Part shown: positions 49,376 through 60,000 of the stretch, in pieces | How positions within the stretch are numbered: the first letter of the stretch is position 1 | How the letters are laid out: each line of letters opens with the position of its first letter | IMG/VR virus record: IMGVR_UViG_3300031707_002715 | Span: 1 to 64,000 of that record | Reading direction: 5' to 3' (one strand) | Source: a virus | DNA: 64,000 nt | Program-made: the position numbers and the translations under genes | The notes under the pieces: generated by a model | What the model was told of the DNA's origin: nothing | The model's input: the letters and a program-made list of their open reading frames with translations, nothing else | Databases searched by the model: none

Positions 49376-52300
49376 TTCAATTATCATCATCAATATTAGA
49401 CTTTGGCTCATTATCTAAGGGTCAGACATCGACTAGACAGGTAACGATTTATAATATTAGTGCTAGCAGCGTTAATATTACAAATATAATAAGTTCTAGT
49501 TCGGATTATGAAATAGCACCGTTAGCATTTTCTATCGATGCTAATAGTTCGAAAAATATATCAATCAAATATACTGCAAATGATATATTATTTGCTATAG
49601 GTACTATTTCTGTCTCTAACACTGCAGGTCCTGATGAAGTGATTAATACGACTGCGAATATTTTAGAACCAATAGTGATTTTAATTACAAGCCCGCTAAA
49701 TTTTCCGAAATTAAGTATCGATGATTCTTTAACGTTATCGAAGAACATTGGTAATTCTGCATCAAATGGATCACAATTAATTGCTAACGTATTATCGATA
49801 GATTCTAATTTTGTTGTGATGTCTCCTGTAATTATAGTCAATGCCGGTTCAACTGCTGATATCTTAATAAAGTTTTTGCCTACGACTGTCGGTATTAAGA
49901 GTGGGACGATAAATATTACGACGAATGATTCGATAGGTAGTTATTCTTTTAATGTTAACGGTGAAGCAGTGATTCCTACTTACACATTATCGAGCTCGTT
50001 TCTTAGTTTTGGGTCGGTACCTGTCAATGATTATAAGACGATGACATTTAGCGTTACAAATACTAGTATTGACGTGAATTTGATCATAAGTTCGGTAACG
50101 ATCGGTGATAGCGTGTTTTCAATAGACGTTTCTAGCGTCACTATTGCTCCTTTACAATCACAAATATTTACTGTGACATTTTTGCCATTGACATCTGAGA
50201 CTATATCTGGTTTAATAGCATTATCAAATAACACAGGCAGTGACATTAATGTAAACTATTCTGGCACCGGTTTAATTGTGCCAGCAATACAATTATTAAG
50301 TACTAACATCGATATCGGAATATACACTATTTTTATTAGTAAAACATTTGACATTACGATTCAAAATGTCGGCGTTGTTGATTTAGTAATAAACGATATT
50401 GTTTTTCCTATAATTAGTGGCACGATTTTCTCTTCGTCAATTTCTTATCCTTATATAGTTAATCGAGGTGATGAAGTAGTTGTAACTGTGACAGTTAATT
50501 CAAGTGTCGAAATCACATATTCCGGTATAATTTCAATTGTCAGTAACGCTTATAATAGTCCTCATGCCATTAATATAAGCGGCATCTCACAGTCAGCGTT
50601 AATAGTAGTCGACGTTGCCAGTTTAGATTTTGGTACGATTCAGGTAGGCGAACAAAAAATATTATCATTCGTGGTGAAAAACACTAGAGATGTAGATTTA
50701 TCGGTATTGATTAATGATATAAATGCATTTACTGTGTCCGAGAATAATTTTATAGTTTCTGGTCATAGTTCGCACACGATCAGCGTGACATTTACATTAG
50801 ACACTGTAGGTTCTGTAAGCGAAGTATTAACGATAATTTCTAATGATATTTTTAGTCCGACAGTCGCAGTAAACTTATTAGGATCTGCTGACGTTAACCA
50901 TTCATTCACATTGATACCTGACAAAATTACGAATAACTATATATCTAAAAGTATAACTAGCATTACTGAATTAACAATAATAAATAGAAGCTTATTGACA
51001 GCAACAATTGATAGTTTGACAGTCACTGATTTGCTGGGTGTTGCAACATATAGTATTACAGTTAACAATTTACCGGTAACGTTAGCTCCGGGTGAAGCTA
51101 CGATAGTCGACGTTTCATTACTGGCATCCACTGTTGGTAAAGTCGCAAGCGATCTTAAATTTAATACTCACGTTAGTGGTATTGCGACTTCAATTGTGAT
51201 TAGATATGAGGGTGAAATATTTGCACCGACAATTAATTTATCAGACGATAGTATCAATTTTGGTAGTGTAGCAGTCGGTGATACTAGTTTTGAAAATGTC
51301 ATTATCACGAATGATAACAGCAATGTTGATTTATCGGTAGAACTAACGTCAAATAACGATGCTTTTCATTTCAAGCAATCGGGCGAAGACGATAATTTAG
51401 TCGTATCGTATGTTAATTCAAAATATGTCGTCGACACTACTAAACAGGGATTAATACTAGATTCAGTGACTGTAGTCGATAGTTTAACGGGCGAACAATA
51501 TGCGTTAGGTGATCCTGCAAATGTAAATGAGTTCTCAGTAAATACAGACACCGGTGTGATAACTGTAAATTCTGTATTAAATAATAAATCGTTAAATGTT
51601 AGATACGATCACAAGTTGTCGACGCTTACACTTAATATACATGCTAATGCAAGTACTACAATAAGTATAGGATTTTCTCCACAAAGAACGGGAATACAAT
51701 TTGGTACAATAACAGTGTTATCTAATGATGATGTCAATCCGACGCTTATAATTAGTTTAGCTGGTGATGGCATACCCAACATAGCATCGATGATTCAAGA
51801 CAGCGCTTTAGTTAAATTTATAGCAAAAGTCGGTAAGTCTGTGTCACAAAAAGTCAAGCTTAAAAATACAGGGACTGTAAAATTATATGTTACTAGCGTG
51901 ACATGTGTATTACCATTTTCTGTTGCAAATAGTCAATATGGTATTGATCCTAATGAAACGTTTGACCTCGAAATAATATTTCAACCGACTAATGATTCTG
52001 ATATAAATCAAACTGTGACAGTCCATAGTAATGCTCCAGATTTAATTATACCGGTCAATGGTCAAGGCGCATATTCGCATATATTATTGCCGACTTCATT
52101 TGATTTCGGTGAATCGCCCATTAATATAAAAACTGATAAAATATTAACAGTTAGTAACACTGCAATTGTGAATTTAGATGTGCAATTACAAATTAATTCA
52201 GCTTATTTTTCTGTTACGCCATTAGATTTCACAATATTGGCCAATAGCACTTACGACGTTGTCGTTTCTTTTAAACCGACTGAAGAAATTACATATTCTA

Positions 52301-55020
52301 AAAGTTTAAAAATAATAAGCGACGATCCGACGCAACACGAGATTAATTATACTATTACAGGTATTGGTAAAAATAAGCCAGTAATCGAAGTTGCATCTCG
52401 GTTAGAGTTCGATAGGACAAACGTTAGAGAAACTTCACAGAAAATGCTCGAAGTATTTAATCGCGGATCTGCGACATTACAAATAACAAACATATCTATA
52501 ATAGAGAATTTAGCATCGTATTCAATTTCATCGGCGTCATTTGCTAGCATTCCACCGGGTGCATCGACTCAATTTACGATAATATTTTCACCGCAAAGCG
52601 CGCCGAAAGATTATATTACTGGTAAACTCAAAATAGTGAATAATACTGACAATCCTAATGTTGAAGTGCTACTTAAAGGAAAAGGCAATCAACCGAAAGG
52701 TGAATGGCAAGCATTTAATTTAAGCTCGATGATGCCTGACGCGATAATTTCTACAGCAAATGCCATCGATGATGTAATCGATCCATTAAAGACGGTGTTA
52801 AATCTTATTAAGCAAGTAGTTGATTTAGTAAAAGTATTATTAATCGATACGCAAAGTGCGTTAAAAGTTATTTTGGATAAGATATTTAAAGTTATTAAGA
52901 ACTATACAGACGATCTGCTATCATTTGGTGTGTACATTTTACCCATATTTCCGAGTACGTCATATTACGATCCCGATAATAATACGAGCGATTTTGCAAA
53001 ATTTTTAGCGAGTATTGGTGGTGGATCAGATTATTTTAAAAGGAAGATTGCCGATTCATTTGATGATTTATATGATAGTCAAAGACCGCAGTTTTCTGAT
53101 TCTGCTATTTGTGGTGCATATGTGATTGCAGTTGATTCCGGAAATGTTTCTGAAGTAGTAAAGGGTATTATCGCGTTAAATAAAATATTTACTGCTGTTG
53201 ATTGGCAACCAAATGTGCAAGAACCACAATCATTAGAAGCCATATCCGGTTCTCAAGTCATATTACGATGGGAATTACCAGAATTTTTGACGTTTAATGT
53301 TGCAGGTATTTTTAATAAACAGAAGTTTATAGATCTTATTGAAGGGTTTGAAGTTTATCGGTCTGAAGAGCCGTTAAAGATGGTGACTGCTACTCAGAGA
53401 CACACTGATCCAAATAATTCTGCGACACAAATATCGAATGTCGGTGATGTTATTGATGTGACAACGTTTAGAAAGTTAGATCCAATAGGTACAGTCGCTG
53501 CCGATCAATATCATTTTAGGATTGAAAATTTTGCTACGGGTTGGAAAAATGCAGACAATAAAGATACAGCAAAAGCAATGGGTTATGAATTTAATGACGA
53601 TGATGTCCAATTGGGCAAAAATTATTATTATGTTGTCAGGACAAAGCTCGGCGACATATATAGTAAATTGTCAAATGAAGTTACAGGTTCTAGAATTGAT
53701 ATTGAAATATTGCCGGCAACAGATGCACTTAATCGATGCGTCAATTTTAGATGTATTAAAACTAAAGGAAATACAAAAATAATACGCACGTTGCAGCGAC
53801 CGATCGTTAAATTAATCAATAGAACCGGTATTATTATTCAATCAGAGTCTAGATATAATAAAAATGGTGTTATACCAGATGCAAATGAGCAGCAAGTCAA
53901 CACATTTACTTTTTTTATTAGCTCTGTGAATATTGATATCAATAATATAATTATAAGAAATCCGACAGAAGCTGAGCGAAGAATTGCAGTCGATAAGTTG
54001 ACTGTAAAGTCGACATTATTTTTTGATAATGGTGAAATAAAGATCTGGGACGATGGCACTTCTACGGGTACAAGTGGTACGAGCAATACAGATATTGAGT
54101 TAAATAGGGAAGGATATTTTAACATTTTGAATGATACAAAGTTAGTTCCCGGTTGGGATTTATTAGTGACGTATAGAAACAATAATACATATTTAACTAT
54201 AAACGACATATCAAATGCTGGGTACAAACAAGGTGATTATATAGTAATTGAATATTACGCTAGTGATTATACGGCGCAATGTACAAAACAAATGGACGTT
54301 TTTGATGCTTTTAAATGTAATAGTGGTGAAAATAAAGGTATATGTCCCAATTATTCTAATGCCAGATGTATATATCATGGTGGGACTGTTTGTTTAAATA
54401 ATGGTAATACGAAACTCGGTAATAGATGTATATCTAATAAAACATTTTTTGATGCATATAGGTGTCAAGATTCATCGATGGGTGGTGAAGTTAAAGCTAT
54501 TGACAAAATGAAAAGGAATGATCTTAATTATTGTATCGATACTACTGGAGTCTGTGCAGGATATCAATCGTTAAGCGAACAGAGTGTCGGATTATATCCA
54601 AACTGGATAGCATTGACGTCAATGATGTCGCTTATAAAGCCCGTAGACGATTTTATTTTGACATTACAAGCATGGGTTAATAGAGAGATTGATGCGATAC
54701 AAAAAGGGTCACAGACAGTCGAACAGTTCATTGATTTATTGTCAAATAAGATTGAAGAATTAGAAAAGTTTATAGATACAATACAAAAAATATTAGATAC
54801 ATTGCTTTCAATTTTTAGTAGTAATGTTGGTTTTTATATATTGTCTATAGACGCTGCGACAGGCGGGCCGCAACGTGTAAAACAGTTAATTCAATCGGCT
54901 GAAGGCGGGCCTAGTTCTGGATCGAGCGGTTATACTGCTGGTATAGTTTTGTTTATTGGAGCGCCTGATGCAAAAACTGTTCGAACAACGTATCAATTTT
55001 TAAGATTGTTTTTCAAATGA
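49372..55020 (+). CDS. Giant virion protein: about 10 ASH/choice-of-anchor-D-type Ig repeats, then a helical/FN3/Cys-rich C-terminal part
   Basis: Repeated LDFG.V..G......I.N.G...L.I..I...F.....I.PG......V.F.P...G.L.I.SND.....V.L.G.G; later ILRWELP...GFEVYRS...YYYVVR (FN3). Confidence 0.8.
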   Translation: MIQLSSSILDFGSLSKGQTSTRQVTIYNISASSVNITNIISSSSDYEIAPLAFSIDANSSKNISIKYTANDILFAIGTISVSNTAGPDEVINTTANILEPIVILITSPLNFPKLSIDDSLTLSKNIGNSASNGSQLIANVLSIDSNFVVMSPVIIVNAGSTADILIKFLPTTVGIKSGTINITTNDSIGSYSFNVNGEAVIPTYTLSSSFLSFGSVPVNDYKTMTFSVTNTSIDVNLIISSVTIGDSVFSIDVSSVTIAPLQSQIFTVTFLPLTSETISGLIALSNNTGSDINVNYSGTGLIVPAIQLLSTNIDIGIYTIFISKTFDITIQNVGVVDLVINDIVFPIISGTIFSSSISYPYIVNRGDEVVVTVTVNSSVEITYSGIISIVSNAYNSPHAINISGISQSALIVVDVASLDFGTIQVGEQKILSFVVKNTRDVDLSVLINDINAFTVSENNFIVSGHSSHTISVTFTLDTVGSVSEVLTIISNDIFSPTVAVNLLGSADVNHSFTLIPDKITNNYISKSITSITELTIINRSLLTATIDSLTVTDLLGVATYSITVNNLPVTLAPGEATIVDVSLLASTVGKVASDLKFNTHVSGIATSIVIRYEGEIFAPTINLSDDSINFGSVAVGDTSFENVIITNDNSNVDLSVELTSNNDAFHFKQSGEDDNLVVSYVNSKYVVDTTKQGLILDSVTVVDSLTGEQYALGDPANVNEFSVNTDTGVITVNSVLNNKSLNVRYDHKLSTLTLNIHANASTTISIGFSPQRTGIQFGTITVLSNDDVNPTLIISLAGDGIPNIASMIQDSALVKFIAKVGKSVSQKVKLKNTGTVKLYVTSVTCVLPFSVANSQYGIDPNETFDLEIIFQPTNDSDINQTVTVHSNAPDLIIPVNGQGAYSHILLPTSFDFGESPINIKTDKILTVSNTAIVNLDVQLQINSAYFSVTPLDFTILANSTYDVVVSFKPTEEITYSKSLKIISDDPTQHEINYTITGIGKNKPVIEVASRLEFDRTNVRETSQKMLEVFNRGSATLQITNISIIENLASYSISSASFASIPPGASTQFTIIFSPQSAPKDYITGKLKIVNNTDNPNVEVLLKGKGNQPKGEWQAFNLSSMMPDAIISTANAIDDVIDPLKTVLNLIKQVVDLVKVLLIDTQSALKVILDKIFKVIKNYTDDLLSFGVYILPIFPSTSYYDPDNNTSDFAKFLASIGGGSDYFKRKIADSFDDLYDSQRPQFSDSAICGAYVIAVDSGNVSEVVKGIIALNKIFTAVDWQPNVQEPQSLEAISGSQVILRWELPEFLTFNVAGIFNKQKFIDLIEGFEVYRSEEPLKMVTATQRHTDPNNSATQISNVGDVIDVTTFRKLDPIGTVAADQYHFRIENFATGWKNADNKDTAKAMGYEFNDDDVQLGKNYYYVVRTKLGDIYSKLSNEVTGSRIDIEILPATDALNRCVNFRCIKTKGNTKIIRTLQRPIVKLINRTGIIIQSESRYNKNGVIPDANEQQVNTFTFFISSVNIDINNIIIRNPTEAERRIAVDKLTVKSTLFFDNGEIKIWDDGTSTGTSGTSNTDIELNREGYFNILNDTKLVPGWDLLVTYRNNNTYLTINDISNAGYKQGDYIVIEYYASDYTAQCTKQMDVFDAFKCNSGENKGICPNYSNARCIYHGGTVCLNNGNTKLGNRCISNKTFFDAYRCQDSSMGGEVKAIDKMKRNDLNYCIDTTGVCAGYQSLSEQSVGLYPNWIALTSMMSLIKPVDDFILTLQAWVNREIDAIQKGSQTVEQFIDLLSNKIEELEKFIDTIQKILDTLLSIFSSNVGFYILSIDAATGGPQRVKQLIQSAEGGPSSGSSGYTAGIVLFIGAPDAKTVRTTYQFLRLFFK

Positions 55021-55049
55021 TAATCACGTATATTTGTTGGAGGTTTTAA

Positions 55050-55514
55050 ATGGCTTTTGATTTTTTAGGTACTTTTTCAAAGCAAGAATTAGATAATTTA
55101 AGGACATTTTTACAGGGCGAATTAGATAAAGTTGATGCTCAAGTTAATCACATGATTTTAGAGTCGAATAAGTTGCAGAAAACGTTAATAGAAGTAATAA
55201 ATCAGTCAAATCTAATAAATTCAAAATCGAAATCATTTGAGAATACTTTTCATAGACAGATTCAATCTCAGGTTGATGATTCAGATGCAGCATTATTAGT
55301 GCAAAGAGTTAAACAACCATTTTATCAAAATATAAAAGAAAAAGATTATTACGAGCACAAAATGCGAAAATTGATAGATAAGATCGAGCAATTGCAAGAG
55401 CGAGTCCATCAATTGAGGATATCTAAAGGTGAATTTAGGACTGATATCGAGACTATAAATTCATTATTTGATTCTAAACACGACTTTTTAACAGTTGAAA
55501 AAGAGGTTGTTTAA
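55050..55514 (+). CDS. Coiled-coil hypothetical protein (baseplate region)
   Basis: RBS ggaggt; MAFDFLGTF start; helical composition. Confidence 0.7.
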   Translation: MAFDFLGTFSKQELDNLRTFLQGELDKVDAQVNHMILESNKLQKTLIEVINQSNLINSKSKSFENTFHRQIQSQVDDSDAALLVQRVKQPFYQNIKEKDYYEHKMRKLIDKIEQLQERVHQLRISKGEFRTDIETINSLFDSKHDFLTVEKEVV

Positions 55515-57007
55515 TGTCGTATGACACAAAACTTTTAAGGTATTGTGATCATCGAGTGATTGAAGAAGATCATACAGTTGATGTAGATTTTTTAACTGTG
55601 TACTTGAATTCTTTTGTTGCTAACAATAACAATGTAACTGTTAGAGTTAATAGTGTTGTATGGGACAGAAATAATAAGTCAGAAGTATTATTTGAAGAAG
55701 ATGTTACGAGTCAAGTCACAGGTGTAAATTCAAACTTTTCAGTTTCGAGAACGCCGATTTATAATGGTGCGAATAAAAAACAAATAGCGACAAAATTGAC
55801 AGACGTTGTGGTGCAAGTGACAGTTTATAATGAGGATGCGTCGGCTCAATTTACAGGCGGTACAGATAAATTATTAGTAACACAACATCGACCATTAATG
55901 TCAAATTATGATATTTATGCAGTACAATTGACAGAAAATGATGTTACAGTCACAGTTAATTCTATTGAAGCGGAGATAGATTCGATCGAACCAGTTCATG
56001 GTAAGATCATGTTAAAAGACGCACCGCCTGTTAGTGCAACTGTGATAGTGACGTATAATTATCGGGCCCATGTTCAAGCATTTAATGCAGATACGGGTGT
56101 AATTACTATTAAAGAAAAACCTGTGATCGGTCAAGACGTTATCATTTCTTATTATTACTTGACAAATGATGGTTGGAAAATTAATAACGATGTACAACTA
56201 AAAAGCAGTACGATTATATTTGATAGACCAAAACAGACAAATAATTTTTTAGTGCAAGATGAAGATGATTCAGATCAATTTACGGGACTTGAAGATCGTT
56301 TTTATACTAAAAATAAACCGATCATTCCGCCGAGAGCTAAGTTAAATACTGATCCGTCATCGACGATGATAACACAAATTATTGTTAAGATTAATGGTCA
56401 ACGAATAATGCCGGTTAATTTTAATGCCGATACTGGATTAATTGTTTTAGGATTGATACCTACAACGACAGATGTAGTAACTGTGACATATAATTATCGT
56501 AGTAGTAATCCTGCAGATATAATTTCAGTTGATTATCAGGTGGATATAAATGGTTGTAAGAAATGTAAACGTACGGGTCAAGTTAACGATTTTGATTATG
56601 ATAAATTGGGTGAACTCATAACAGTTATTGATGAACAGAAATTGATGCAAGACGTGCTCAAATTTACAATAGCTGTTAAAGGTTCGAATGCAGCTAATCC
56701 ATGGTGGGGAACATCGTTAGTTTCTTTTATTGGAACTGCCCATACGTCAGAATATTATGATCCTAAATTTAAAAGCGAGATAATTGATGGTGGAGAAAAA
56801 TTAAAAGACTTACAAATGCAACAGTCACAGTATCAAGAAGTCACAGATAATGAGTTTTTTAGTTATTTTGGTAACATAACAGTCGAACAAAGCGATTATG
56901 ATTTTAACTTTTACGAAATAACTGCGACGATAGTTTCGCAGGCGGCAACTGCGATCTCAATGACGACGTCGTTGTATTTTAATAAGCCGTTGACGTCAGT
57001 ATCATAA
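55514..57007 (+). CDS. Baseplate wedge / sheath initiator (gp25-like C-terminus) with inserted modules
   Basis: CKKCKRTG...DEQKLMQDVLK...KGSNAANPWWGTSL..FIG; directly upstream of baseplate J. Confidence 0.75.
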   Translation: MSYDTKLLRYCDHRVIEEDHTVDVDFLTVYLNSFVANNNNVTVRVNSVVWDRNNKSEVLFEEDVTSQVTGVNSNFSVSRTPIYNGANKKQIATKLTDVVVQVTVYNEDASAQFTGGTDKLLVTQHRPLMSNYDIYAVQLTENDVTVTVNSIEAEIDSIEPVHGKIMLKDAPPVSATVIVTYNYRAHVQAFNADTGVITIKEKPVIGQDVIISYYYLTNDGWKINNDVQLKSSTIIFDRPKQTNNFLVQDEDDSDQFTGLEDRFYTKNKPIIPPRAKLNTDPSSTMITQIIVKINGQRIMPVNFNADTGLIVLGLIPTTTDVVTVTYNYRSSNPADIISVDYQVDINGCKKCKRTGQVNDFDYDKLGELITVIDEQKLMQDVLKFTIAVKGSNAANPWWGTSLVSFIGTAHTSEYYDPKFKSEIIDGGEKLKDLQMQQSQYQEVTDNEFFSYFGNITVEQSDYDFNFYEITATIVSQAATAISMTTSLYFNKPLTSVS

Positions 57008-57021
57008 TAAGGAGTTTATAA

Positions 57022-60000
57022 ATGGCAAGACCTTCACAACCGACTGGATTAACGACAGAGGCTTCTAGTAATTCTATTATAATAAATTGGACAGCGAATC
57101 CAGAGCCAGATGTTAAAGGTTATAACATATATAATTCTACTACGTCAGGTGGTGGAATTAGCGGTTATGTTAAATTGAATAATGAACTTATTACAACGTA
57201 TAGTAGGATAGACGACGTAGTGACAAATAGCACGACGACAGTCCAGACAATTGGCGGTCAGCGTACAACTACGACCATTGAGACGATAACACAGATTGTT
57301 ATATTCGCTTTTACACATTCAGATTTACTTGATACAAAGCCTCAATATTATGTATTAACAGCTGTCAATAATTCAGATGAAGAAAGCTTATATTCTATTG
57401 AAATTTATGACGTACCATTAATTTTATCGACGGTGCTCGTCGAATTTCCAGTAAGAAGCACGAGCGACGTTACAAAGTCAATGATCGCGAATGTATTGAC
57501 TCGTTATCCAAATATTGATATTAAACCAGGCACGATGACTCGTGATATTCATATTGATCCTCATGCATCAGAATTTGGATTTCTTTATACATATATTGAT
57601 TTTTTGGTGCGATCAGAATCATTTATTACATTATTAGAAATTGATGATCCGACAAATACGGGCACGTCAATTGCTGTGTCGCAGTCAACATACAAACAAC
57701 AATTGAAAGCTGCGATGCAATTGACGAACGACAGTGATGTGCAATCTATAATTGATTTTGCGTTTGACAAACTGGCAAATAATTTTAATACGTTTAGGAA
57801 AGCAGCGACTGCGTCGATCGGTGAAGTTGTATTTTATACGCAGATAGAACCGACAGCGACCATAACTGTTCCACAAGGTACAGTTATATCTACAACATCG
57901 ACGTCTGCTAAGCCGGCTATTAATTTTCAAACTCTAGCCGAGGCGAAGATGTTGATCGGTTCAATCGATCAATACTTTAATGAAGTTACACAACGATATG
58001 AGTTAACTGTTTCTATTCAAGCAATTACGACGGGCGAAGTGACGAACGTCGGCTCTAATACTATTAACAATTCTACGTTTACACAATTGCAAGTGACAAA
58101 TATAAAGCCGACTGAAGGAGGAAATGATATTGAAAGTAATAGGAGTCTTGCTAGTCGAGCGATGTTAGCATTTACTGGTCTTGATGTTGGAACAAGAGAC
58201 GGATATTTAAGAACTGCGATTGAAACGCAGTACGTTTATGATGTTTTAGTGGTTGATGCAGGAAATACATTGATGCAAAGAGACTACGATGCAGTTAGAA
58301 GTCAACATGCATACGGTAAAGTTGATATATACTTTAAAGGCAGTGTCTTAATTAGCTTTGTAGAGACGTTTGGATTTTTATTCAAAGGCGCTTATAGAGA
58401 AGACGTCAACATTGATACTACAACACTGAGTGCAGCAAGCGCTACGAATATGAGAATATTTGTAATAAATTCTGAAGTTTCGACATCGTACCCAGTATAT
58501 TTAATTCAAGAGATAATAAATGTCACAAAATCAGATTCTTTTGATTTAACAGGAAATTTCACATTATACAAAAATGCAGTAATAATGCCAAAGACACAAT
58601 ATTTATTGGATTTGTCGTCGGGATTGATTACATTTTACACACAAATATTTCTCGGCGATAGCGTTACTGCAGATTATGAGTATAAAGTGCCGATCGTAAA
58701 TGAAGTCGTTATTGCATCTGCGACAGGCGGTGAAATAAGTGCTTATCTTGATGCAAATGCTTTAGCGAGAAATGTCGCAATATTCACTGATAAAATTTAT
58801 CTTAATAGGATCAGCGCGTTTTCAATCGATCCGTCGACAGACCAATTAACAATATTACTCGGGCACGTATATCACACTGGTGATATTGCAAGAGTCGCAA
58901 GCACTGGTACTTTACCAAGTCCTTTAATTGCGAACACAGATTATTACGTTATTAAAATATCAAATACTAGATTAAAATTAGCGACGACGTTAAGCAATGC
59001 AACAAATGGTATAGCGATCGACATAATCACTTCTGGTGTCGGTGCGCTTTCGATACAACCGTCAACGAAGATAACATTAATCAGAGATGTAGATTATGCT
59101 ATTTATTATAAAACTGTCGGTGTTCATCAGGTAGGATTGATTATGTTTTCTTTTATATCATTTCCTACGGGACTTACTTCAAGTGATGTAATTACAGCTG
59201 ATTATTCATACGTCGAACCAATTGTAGGCGAAGTCGTTATTGCTAGTGCAGTAGGAAACGAAACTACGGCTAATTTAGCGCACGGTAATGTAGTTGAAGC
59301 ATTTGTTATAGAATCTAATGGCATATCTATCGACATTAATAATACTAATGCGATAAATTATTTAATTAACATCGCATTAACAGATATCATTCGAGTGACT
59401 TATAAATATAAGAAAGCTGACAGCGCTATTTTTAGTAATCAACCGGTCGATTCAATTAATTCTGTTACTACTAGCACGGGCGATCCTTTACAAGAAGGCA
59501 CGCAATATTTATTTAACAAAGTTGATGATATTTTGCTCACTGGCAATTCAGTTAGAACGCAGCGTAGCATTCAATTGATATATGATAGCACGTCAGGATT
59601 GCCGGCAGGCGAACTGTTTGATTATAGTGAACATGTCAGTTTAGTAGGTACTGAATATAAAACATTGAGTAAAAAGGGAATAGACGTTCATACTATAGTT
59701 GTTAAAAATATAGCAGGCACTATTACATACAATATAAATAACGATTACGTGTTGGATTTGCCGGAAACACCATTTTATTACATGCAAATTGCTAGATCAA
59801 CGACGTCGACAATTGGTGATGGTCAAACTGTGGTCATCAGTTATAAATACGGAGAATCGATAACTGTTTCTTACAATGTCAATTCATTAATAAAAACGAT
59901 ACAAGATAAAGTCGATGTAAGAAGACACATCACGGCCGATGTTCTAGTTAAAAGTGCGAATAGGATTGATGTTGACATTGAATTTACAGTTAAATTAAGA

